This document shows, one piece after another, positions 29,601-41,600 of a stretch of DNA of 64,000 nt (positions within the stretch are counted from its first letter, which is position 1; every line of letters starts with the position of its first letter). Under the pieces are notes generated by a model, which saw only the letters and a list, made by a program, of their open reading frames with translations, was not told the origin of the DNA and ran no database searches. The translations under genes and the position numbers were made by a program. The DNA is from Okamejei kenojei (lineage: Eukaryota): assembly GCA_035221665.1 (NCBI GenBank), contig CM069146.1, forward strand, positions 2,976,001-3,040,000. Reading direction: 5' to 3'.

Positions 29601-32600
29601 TTTCTACTACAGCTGTTAAAGTAAGCAGCTCACTGTAGTCTTTGCAATGGCAACGATAAGGAAGAACAATAAATTATGGTCTTGCCAGGCATACTGACAT
29701 CTAAAAGGTTATTTTTTAATATAGCTCAGGTTAAACTGCACAATTTACAATTAAAGGAATGAAATTCAACAATTAATTCCACATCCGTAAAAATCTTGAT
29801 ATTTCTGCTTTGTTCCATAATTTACCTCCATATATCATTTAATTAAAACTAAGGAGTGTTTTGGAAAGGTCAGTGAAACCTTCATGTAAAATTGGCAGAA
29901 AATACAAATATGTTCAGGAGATCAATAGAGGGGGAACACTAGAATTTACATTAGGCCTTCACTAGAATGCCTTTTTAAAATCAGGAGCTGAGCTGCATAA
30001 AGCAGAATTAAAGTTTGATCTCCTTACTGTTCTACAGGTACAAAATCTGTGGTCATCTTTTTTTCATTCAGACCACTATCTGGCAAAACTGCAGCTGCTC
30101 AGATAAGGATAACCTCAATTATAACAACGCAAATAGAACAGAAGGCCAATCGGACGACACCAAAGTTGAAGGAGTTGCAGACAGTGAAGAAGGCTATCAG
30201 AAGATACAACGAGATATAGGTCAGCTGTTAAAATGGGCGTAGAAGTGGCAAGTTGGGTTTAACACAAGCAAGTGTAAGGGTAAAGTATACATTTAATGGC
30301 AAGACCTTTTACAGCGCTGATTTGCAGAGGGATCTTGGAGTCCTAGTTCATTGTTCATTGAAGGTGACAGCACAAGTAGATAGGGTAATAAAGGCGGTGA
30401 ATGGTATGCTTGGGGCATTGAATATAAGAGTAAGGAAGTCATGATGTAGCTCTATAGGACTTTGGTTAGGCCACATTTGGAACATTGGAGTTCTGGTCAC
30501 CCCATTACATGTAAAATGTACATGAAGAAGGTGCAGAGGTTTACCAGAATGCTGCCTGTATTAGAGGTTTTCAGCTACAGAGAGAGGTTGGATAGACTGA
30601 TTATTTTCTCTGGAACATCAGAGGTTGAGGAGAGACTTGATTGAAGTATTTAACATTATAAGAGGCATAGATGGGGTAGACAGTCAGACCCTTTTCCCCC
30701 TAGGGTGGAAATGTACAACACTAGAGGGCATAGCTATGAGGTGAAAGGGGGGGAAAGTTTGATGAAGACACACGGGGCAAGTTTTTACACAGGGTGGTGG
30801 GGGCCTGGAATGCATTGCTAGGAGGCAGATACGGTAGTGGTGTTTAAGAGGCTTTTAGATTGGCACATGGAAGTGCAGGAAACACAGGAATACAGATTAT
30901 GTGCAGGCAGATGAGATCAGTGAACTTGGCATGATATTTGGCATAAACATTGTAGGCAGAAAGGCCCATTCCAGTGCTGTATCTTCTATGTTCTCCATGT
31001 TCTATAAATATAACATGCACACAATACAAACAGTAATAATGGCGTGTTAGTCATAGCTCAATTGTTAGCTCTCTCACCACAAGGCAGAATGTATGTACAA
31101 ACCTCGCCCTAAAAGATCCTCACAAAAATCTGAACTGCAGTGCATCATTGAGGGAATACTGTTCTGCTGAAGATCCGCCTTTGGAGAGACCAATTTCTAC
31201 TCTGGCAAATGGACGTAAAGTAAAATCAGAGAGTTATCTTCAAAGCCCTGACCAACATTGACACTCAGCCAACACCATGGAAACTAGTAGCAAATTGTTA
31301 GTGGACTGTTTCCTGAATTACAACAACTACACTTTAAAAGCATCGATTCACAAAGAGTTTGTGGCATCTAAAGGTCAGCCTCTACAATGGCAAATGCAAT
31401 TTCTGGTATTATTGCCGAGAGCTCACTATTCATGCAGCAATAAAGGGCATAACATTCCTTAAGCAAAGGGTAGGGATGCAATATAGTGCACTGGCAGCAA
31501 AATGGTGCAGTATCTACAATGCCGGTTGCAATCAGAGTATTGTGAAAGTTAGATAGTCAGAACCACAAGTTGTCATGGTGAATAATAAAGGACAGTAAAA
31601 ACAACTAATTGTACAGGGTGCCCTACAGCGAGCATCTGATACCCCAGAGCGAGTAGTAAGGGACATCAGGTGGCATAAAGATGGCCATTTGCAGAACGTA
31701 GTAATTATTTATCCTCACCTCCACAGCCAGTTACTTTCCGCAGCATCATTCCAAGCCTGTAAATACAAGAAATGAAGAGTTATTTACTGAGAGATTTGGG
31801 AGAAATGTGACAATGTGCAGAAATTGCGATTAGTTGTAAGGCCGTTCCGGGATTACGGTGCCCGATTTATAAATGTAGACGTCTGACAGCACAAATGTTC
31901 ATTCCAATGAACGTGGCAGAACTAATTTCCTCTCTCTACTTTTAGTAATTGCTCTTCCCCCTCAGTCTTATGTATTTTTGAGGCCATTGAATACAATACT
32001 ATCCAGATATTTTATCAGGTTTATCATATTTTTGTGTATTTTCTGACCTATGGGTAAATTCTGTACCTGCTTGTTCGCAGGAGTTGGCCTGGAAGATTAC
32101 CAGTCAGTGTGGAACTGGCATAAGCAATGTATTCCAGGAGATGTATGGCTGCTGAAGGTACTGGCTCACTTATCTTCATTGATGATACAACTGCTGATGG
32201 TAGTAGCATAATGAATTCTGAAGTGTATAGACACATCCACTCAAGTTCAAACAAATGCCTCAAAACTCATTGGCCGGCGGTTCATTCTACAGTAAGACAA
32301 TGATCCCAAACATACTGCTAAAGCAACAAAGGAGTTTTTCAAAGCTAAAAAATGGTCAATTCTTGAATGGCCAAGTCAATCACCCGATCTGAACCCATTT
32401 GAGCACACCTTTTATATGCTGAAGAGAAAACTGAAGGGGACTAGCCCTCAAAACAAGCATAAGCTAAAGATGGCTGAAATGCAGGCCTGGCAGAGCATCA
32501 CCAGAGAAGACACCCAGTAACTGGTGATGTCCATGAATCACAGACTTCAAGCAGTCATTGCATGCAAAGGATATGCAACAAAATACTAAACATGACTACT

Positions 32601-35600
32601 TTCATTTACATGATATTGCTGTGTCCCAAACATTATGGTGCCCTGAATTGGGGGGACTATGTATAAACACTGCTGTAATTTCTACATGGTGTAACCAAAA
32701 TGTATGAAAATGGCCTCTATTAAAATCTGACAATGTTCACTTTAACCACGTTTGATTTTTTTCTATTACAAATCTCAAATTGTGGTGTACAGAGTCAAAT
32801 AAATAAATGATGTGTCTTTGTAACAAACATTATGGAGGGCATCGTGTCACTCATTCAGAAATAGCTGCTCGGCGTTGAGAACCCCTGAATCAAAGTTGAG
32901 TTTGTCATATGCATGTACGATGAGGGGCAGGTACAATGAAAATCTTGCTTGCAGCAGCATCACAGATACGTATACTCATACCACACAAAAACATAAATTA
33001 TAAGATTATCTATAAATTACGCATAAATTCTACGATAGTGAAAAGTAAAGCTTGTATAACAAAATTGCCTGTCCAATCTCTCCTCATAAATGAAATATTC
33101 CAATCCAGGCAACATCCTGGTGAATCTCCTCTGCACCCCCTCCAGTGATCTTGTACCCCAAATTAACTTTGTTCATCAGCAATTTTCGTTTGCTCTCCCA
33201 AAATGTATTACATCACACTTATCAGCATTAAATTCAGGATCAAAATCAAGTGCTACTCCATGGCACATCTGATAGAACTGTGAGTCTATCAGACTATCTG
33301 ACACCCGGGTTCAATCCTGGCCTTGCTTTATATGTGGTTTGCACGTCCTTTCTGTTGCTCTGTTTCCTCCGAGTGCTTCGGCTTCCTCCCAATTCCCTCC
33401 AAAGGAACAATGATAAAGGAAACGGGCCATTGTTAGCTGTTGCTAGGCGAGAACGAGAAACTGGTGCGACAGATGGGGGAGGGATGGAGAGAGAGGGAAT
33501 GCATGCGTTACTTGAAGTTAAATAAATCAATGCTCATACCACGGGGTTGTAAGCTGCCCAAATAAAAATATGAGGTGTTGTTCCTCCAATTTGTACTCAG
33601 AGGAGGCGTGGGGTGACAGCAGGTGAAGAAACCATGTTTACTAAAAAACGAGGACATTTAATATTTCCTAGAGTGAAAAGTCTCATCATGGGAGCAATTC
33701 AGACTATGGAAAAGGGCCTTTGCAAGAGGCAGGATGGCAGGAAATATATTCCTGATAATTGCGGGAGTCAGTAGATGTAGTAGTAGACGTCAGTCATTAG
33801 TGTGTCCCCTATGAAGGAAATAAAGATTAATAAAGGGGGAGGGGGGGAAGTATCAGAGATAGTGAATTTGAGGCAGGGTGGAAATTAGTGGTAAAATTAA
33901 TGAAATAGACCAGTTCTGCACAGGTACAGGAGGCAGCCCCAATGCAGTGTTGACGTAGTGGAGAAAGAGTTGGGGATTGGTGCCAGTGAACGTTTGGAAT
34001 AGGGACTGTTCGACACAACCAACAAAAAGACAGGCAAAGCTGTGACCCATGCGAGTGCTCAAAACTACACCTTGAACTAGGAGAAAGTGAGGTGTCAAAG
34101 AAGTTATTGAGGTGAGGACAAGTTCTGCCAGGTGGAGGAGAGTGTTACTAGAGGGTAATTGAAATGTAGAGTGTTAGTAGAGGTCTCTGTTCATGGAAGA
34201 ATAGGAGGTCTTTGAGACCTCCTTCCTGGTGGGGGATGGAGGTGTAAAGGGACTGGATGTTCATGGGAAAGATGAGGCTTTGCTAGAAATTGAATAATGG
34301 GATTCAGGGTTCCATACCTCCTGCCCAACAGCAGCAGAGAAAGAGGACATGGCCCAGATGGTGAGTACCCTTCATGATAGATTACAACAAGGAAATCTAC
34401 TAGCCAAGTATGTAAGAAGAACATACAAATAATTTGATTTGCCATTTCACTTATACCAAGAGAAAGCAACAAGACACAGAACATGTTGTTTTAAAGAAGG
34501 AACTGCAGATGCTGGAGAATCGAGGGTACACAAAAGGCTGGAAAAACTCAGCGGGTGCAGCAGCATCAGATCAACCACAGCGCACTTTGATGGAAGGCAA
34601 TAAAGTGTTATCTTCTTCCCTCCTTTTTCTCCCACGGTCAGGGGAGTCGAATCATCCTCAGTCTGGGCGATCGAAGCTGCCAAAATCGGTATGGCCGAAG
34701 CTCCTGCGGCTTGGAGCTCCCAAAGCCAGTCCCGAACCAAGGGACCATGAGCTCCACAATGTTAAGTCCGCAGGCTCCTGCGGTTTGAGCACCCAAGGTC
34801 GATCCCCAGCAAGAGGCCGCCAGCTCCACGATGTTAAGCCGCAGTGTAGATGGAGATACGACCCAGAAAAAGTCGCATCTCCGTCGAGGAGAGAGATAAA
34901 AAAGTTTCCCCACCCACCACATAATACAAAACTAAAGGTCCACTAACACATATATGTTACAACAAACTAAAAACAACAAATAAGGAAAAAGACGAAACGG
35001 ACCATTGGCGAGGCAGCCATCGTTCGGCGCCACCTGGATGCCACCATCCTGAGGCAGTGTCTCATGACTTGGAGAGCTGTGCCCATGATGGACCATGTGG
35101 ACTCCATCATTCTCTGCAGCCTCTTGCATTTCTACCATACCAGGCATGATGTAAATAGTGAGGATACTTTCCTATACAAAAGATTTACAAGATACAAGAT
35201 ACATTTATTTGTCACATGTGCCAGATGGCACAGTGAAATGTGATTACCATACAGCCATACAATAAAATAAGGAACACAACACACGATAGAATTCAACATA
35301 AAAACATCCCCACACAGCAGAATCAACATTTCCCACTGTGAGGGAAGGCACCAAAGTGAGATACAGATATCCCACCGGAAATAAACCACTGCGGTTTGGA
35401 TACAGAATATCCAACATCCATAGAGATGATAGTTTTGACGTTCCTAATACCTAGCACAAATGTCCGAGAATGATGTGTAGGATGAGAGACTGGTGGGGTG
35501 AGAGGTGAAGACGAGAACTCCTTGCTTGTTTGCAGGGGGGGGAGGGTTTGAGTGCAGAACTGTTGGTGTCGTTCAACTTATCTTTTCCAGCTTTCTTCTC

Positions 35601-38600
35601 TCCCCACACTCCAGTCAGTCTGTAGAAGGGTCCCAACTCAAAACGTCACCCGTACATTCCCTGCACAGATGCTTCCTGACCCGCTGTCCTTCTAACACTT
35701 TGTGTTTTGCCCAAGCACTTGTCAACACAATAGGCAACCTATTCTATGTCCTTCTAAATAGACACAAAAAGCTGGAGTAGACTTCCGGTGGCGCTATGGA
35801 GTAGGCAGACTCACGCCATTTAGCTCTGAAAAACTGAAGAAAAAAACGGGGAAAAAAATCGAGACTTACCTGCTCACCATCACAACCGACTGACTGCAGC
35901 AAGCCTGTGACGTCATCAGACGCGCGACGAAACCGACGGTATGTTTCCACAACATACCCCCCCCAAACCGAGAAAAAACGGTAGGGCCAGGGAAGTAGGC
36001 CCAACCGAAGCCTCGGCCTCAGGTTTAACAACGTCCCAAGAAGAGATCTCAAGGAAAAAAAAGTCAGATGTGGAAGAACTAAGAAGTTTTCTCGCCTTAG
36101 AAGTTTCAAAAATAATGGCAGAATTTGAAAAAACTCAAAAATGACTTTAAAGATGAGTTGAAAACTTAAAAAAAAAAAATTAAAGAAGAAATTAAGAAAG
36201 ATATTGTTGCTATCGTACAGGAACAACTGGATTCCTGGAAGATGATCATGGAAGAAAATCTAAATAAAAAGATTGATGAGGTAAATGTCAAACTCAATCT
36301 GATGGAATCCGTATTTAATTCGAAGCTGAACCCCATCTCTCAGGCACTAGAACAACAACAATCCGTAATCGAACTAGAGGAAATGGCTGAAACATGCTCT
36401 GAAACTACAAGCAAGCTTCTCTCCGAGAACAAGCGTTTATCGGACTTATTGCATAAAATAACCGAAAAATGCATTGACTTGGAGGGATGACAGAGACGCC
36501 AAAATCTAAGAATTATTGGTGTCCGGGAAGGAAGAGAGGGGAACCGTGACCCCCGTGAATTTGCTGCAGATCTACTGAAGAAAGTTTTAAATCTGGATCA
36601 AGCACCTTTACTTGCTCGGGCACACAGAGCACTGAGACGCCGTCCAGGGGCAGACGCCCCTCCAAGACAACTTGTAGTGAAGGTGCAATATGACCATATC
36701 TTGGATGACATGATGAAGACAATTGTTTGCAGCAGAAATCTTGATTTTGAAGGAGACAAGATCAGCATATTTCGAGACTACCCGGCGGAGGTTGCCAAGA
36801 AAAGAGCATTGTTTACAGACACAAGAAGAATACTTAAGAACATAAATAACTTGAGATATGGACTGATGTACCCTGCAACATTGAGAATCACCTACGACCA
36901 CAAAGGATACTTCTTTACTAACCACACAGAGGCTTTTAAATTTGCAAAGAAGATTGAGACCACTGAAAAGATTGAAACTATCGAGGACGAGAGTGAAAAA
37001 GAGGACAATGAGGATTAAATACTTAATACTAAATATATACGCGATGATTTGGATTCGGTACTTTACTGAGAAGAAACTGAACTTTTAATTACTATACTTA
37101 AGGATTGTTATGAATTTAGAATGAAATTGATCAATCGTTATATAATATTTTTATATTATAGTACTAACTATTACTAACCATTATTAATCATAATAATTAA
37201 TAATCATCAATTACAGTTAATTGGATTAATTCAGAATTAGTAAAAAGGATGAACCATAAGATGATTAAAATAGAAGATGAAGGTTTAATCCTAGATATTT
37301 GATACTATTTTGACTAATCATGGACTAATACTTTGGTTATATGAAACTAATATTTTATTTACTTTGAGATTAATAATTATTCCATTATTGAAATATATCC
37401 ATTCTTTTCCCCCCCCCCCCCTCCCATATAATGGTTTTCTTTATTGAATTTGAAATGTTTCCTTCAAGGAAGGAACGGAGCTAGTAACATTTTTTTTTTA
37501 CAAAAAGCTACGGAAGTCTTTAGATGCCTAGCCACATTAGGGTGGCTATCACTAACTACACTAACTATAGATGTAGTATTTTTCTTTCTTTCACACTTCA
37601 CTAATATAATAATCACTTATCTTTTCTATTTTGTAGTATATTATAATCAGTATAATCTTTATTTTGAATGGAATTATAATTGTTATTTAAGGAGATATGA
37701 CCGAGAAGAAAACCTACAAGATCTAAAATTCATCTATCTGAGGTCCAGGTGTAAGGTATGGTTTAACGTGCTGAATCATCTACTCCATTATAGACCACCC
37801 TAATCATAAGATGCTTAGTAATTAACAAATTAATACACTATGATCAAACAGGTTTTATCCCAAAAGTCACTCATTTTATAATCTTAGACGATTGTTTAAT
37901 ATTATATATTCAAATAGAATTGCTAATGCAGACCTAGCAATTATATCGCTAGATGCTGAAAAAGCCTTCGATCAAGTAGAATGGCCATATTCATTTTCAG
38001 TGATGGAAAAATTTCAATTGGGAGAGAAGTACTGTGCATGGGTTAAATTATTATATTCTAACCCAACAGCTAGAATGCTAACAAATCAAATGTTATCAAC
38101 TAAATTTAATCTTTCCAGAGGTTGTAGACAAGGATGCTCGTTATCTCCATTATTATTCGCTTTAGCAATTGAACCACTCGCAGAAAATGTCTGATCTAAT
38201 CCAGAAATACATGGGTACAATACTAAAGATACAATGAATAAAATGTCTCTATATGCAGATGATGTACTAATATATATTACAAAGCCAGAAATTAGTATTC
38301 CAAATTTATTAAATCTAATAACTCAATTCGGTCAGTTCTCAGGATATAGAATTAATTGGAATAAAAGCGAAATCATGTCAATAACGGATCACAATTTACA
38401 TATACTACAACAATCACCTTTTAAAATAGTTGAAGAAAATTTTAAATATCTAGGTATTTATGTAACTAAGGGGTATAGTTCTTTATTTAAATCAAATTTC
38501 CCACCTTTACTGAATAAACTAAATAAGAATATTCAATACTGGAAAACACTTCCTATTTCAATGTTCGGTAGAATTAATGCTATAAAAATGATTTTTCTGC

Positions 38601-41600
38601 CGCAATCACTGTACTTATTTCAGTCAATCCCAATATATATTCCAATATCTTTTTTTTTTAAAGTAGACTCTATTGTTACAAGTTTCATCTGGGATTACAA
38701 GAATCATAGAATAAATAAAAAACATTGATGTAAATCAAAGATTAATGGAGGTTTAGCTCTACCAAATTTTTTGTTTCATTTTTGAATTTTGGTTGGAAGA
38801 AATGGTCAACAACCAGACTGGTTAAGGATGGAAAAGGAGGACTGTCTACCTTTTGAAATCGGTTTGATTATATTTGCACCTACAAAATTGCACAAAAAAA
38901 CCTATGGGGAAAACCCTATAATATATAGTGGTACACGAATCTGGAAACAACTTAAAAAGGCTTTAAAACTGGATAATATACCACTCTGTCTCCCTATTGT
39001 AAACAATCCCTTATTCAAACCTTCCATGCTGGATAAAGGCTTTATACAATGGAAAAACTATGGAATCAAAAAGATGGAACACCTTTCTAAGAAAGGCACT
39101 TGTCTTTCATTTCAGGAACTGCAACAGATTTATGGATTACACTCAAATATTTTTTTTCGATATCTACAACTCAGAGATTATGTGAAATCAAATACACAAG
39201 ATTATAGGAATAAGGAACCAGAAATCCTTGATGAATGTCTGAATAAGCATCCTAATACAGAAAAATTAACAACTTATATTTACAATACCCTTTTAGATAG
39301 TGAGATACCATCGACGGAATCATATAGACATACATGGGAAAATGAAATAAATCAATCCATAACGAAAGATATATGGGACAAAAGTTTACAATATATACAT
39401 CAATGCTCGCTAAACTCCAGACATGTTTTAATACAATTTAAAGTATTACATAGATTACATTACTCCAAAGTTAAATTAAATAGAATCTTTCCACAGATAT
39501 CCTCTACCTACGATAAATGTCAATTTCCAGAGGCTAATTTAACACATACTTTTGCAAATTGTATAAAAATTAAGAATTTCTGGATTGAGATTTTTAGAAT
39601 AACTTCTGAAGTTATTAATACTAAACTGGATCCAGTCCCAAAATTAATAATACTTGGAACATCAGAACAAAATTTAACTCCTACAACAAATCAAAGAAAT
39701 TTCCTAGATTACAGTATAATAATTGGGAGGAAATTAATATTAAAAATTTTGGAAAGGCCCTATATCCCCCACAACTAAAATGTGGATTACGGAAATGTCG
39801 GAGACCCTACACCTGGAAAGAATCAGATTTGCCCTAATGGACAAACAAGAAGGTTTTCGTTAGAATATGGTCTTCTTTCATTGATTACTTAAAAGGGTAG
39901 ATTGGTTCGGCAGGGAACCCTAACTGAAACTTGGACTCAGGATTAGATGAAAAGTTATATTTTATATTCCTTGATCTTATCTCCTATGATAATTAATAGT
40001 AAATTATTCCATTCTTTATGATTTTCTTTTTTGATGTTGATTTTTATTTTATTTTTCTTTCTGTTTTCCTCTCTTTAAAAAAAAATTATTAGAGTCAAAA
40101 TGATTCACTTGACAATATCAATAATGTAATAATGTATGACCGTTGTACATGAAATATTGCTATCATGACATGTGTTTGCTAAGTCACTGTCTACATACTC
40201 TAATAAAAATATGTATTTTAAAAAAAAGCTGGAGTAACTCAGTGGCACAGGCAGCATCTCTGGAGAGAAGGAATGGATGACATTTTTGGTCGAGTCCCTC
40301 TTCAGCTAACGAAAGTCCCGTCTTCAACCGAAAGATGAAGACGGGTGAGTTAACCCCGCTCTGTCTTCAGCCACCAAATGGAAGCATGTCAGAGGAAAGT
40401 GTTGTAGCACTTGTAGGCAACTAGGCAACTTATTCTGTGTTCTACTACTTTGTGTTTTGCTCAAGCACTTGCCGACCCAAACAGGCAACCTGATCAGCAT
40501 GATGGAGTTGGGCCGAAGCGCCTCTTGCAGTGCTGTTACCCCACGGTGCGAGCACTGTGTTGTGTTACCGCAGTGAGCTGGCACTGCGTTACCCCAGGGA
40601 GCGGGCACCGTTACCCCAGGGAGCGGGCACTGTTACTCCAGGGAGCGGGCACTGTGTTACTCCAGGGAGCGAGTACTGTGTTACTCCAGGGAGCGGGCAC
40701 TGTTACTCCAGTTACCCAGGAGCGGGCACTGTTACTCCAGGGAGCGGCACTGTTACTCCAGGGAGCGGGCACTGTTACTCCAGGGAGCTCCAGGGCGGGC
40801 ACTGTTACTCCAGGGAGCGGGCACTGTTACTCCAGGGAGCGGGCACTGTTACTCCAGGGAGCGGGCACTGTTACTCCAGGGAGCGGGCACTGTGTTACTC
40901 CAGGGAGCGGGCACTCTCCATTGTGTACTCCCAGGGAGCGGGCACTCTGTTTACTCCAGGGAGCGGGCACTGTGTTACTCCAGGGGAGCGGGAGCACTGT
41001 GTTACTCCAGGGAGCGGGCACTGTGTTACTCCAGGGAGCGGGCACTGGGAGTGTTACTCCAGGGAGCGGGCACTGTGTTACTCCAGGGAGCGGCACTGTG
41101 TTTACTCCAGGGAGCGGGCACTGCGTTTACTCCAGGGAGCGGGCTCCACTGTGTTACTCCAGGGAGCGTTACTCCAGGCGGGCACTGCGTTACTCCAGGG
41201 AGCGGGCGGGCACTGTACTCCACGTTACTCCAGGGAGCGGGCCAGGGAGCTGTGTTACTCCAGGGAGGGCGGGCACTGTGTTACTCCAGGGAGCGGGCAC
41301 TGTTACTCCACGGGAGCTACTGGCACTGTGTTACTCCAGGGAGCGGGCACTGTGGGAGCGAGTTTACTCCAGGGAGCGGGCCAGGAGCGGGCACTGTTTA
41401 CTCCAGGAGCGGGCACTTACTCCAGGGAGCGGGCACTGTGTTACTCCAGGGAGCGGGCACTACTCCAGGGAGCGGGCACTGTGTTACTCCAGGGAGCGGG
41501 GAGCACTGTGTTACTCCAGGGAGCGGGCACTGACTCCAGGGAGCGGACACTGTGTTACTGGGAAGCGGGCACTCTGGGAGCGGGCACTTACTCCAGGGAG

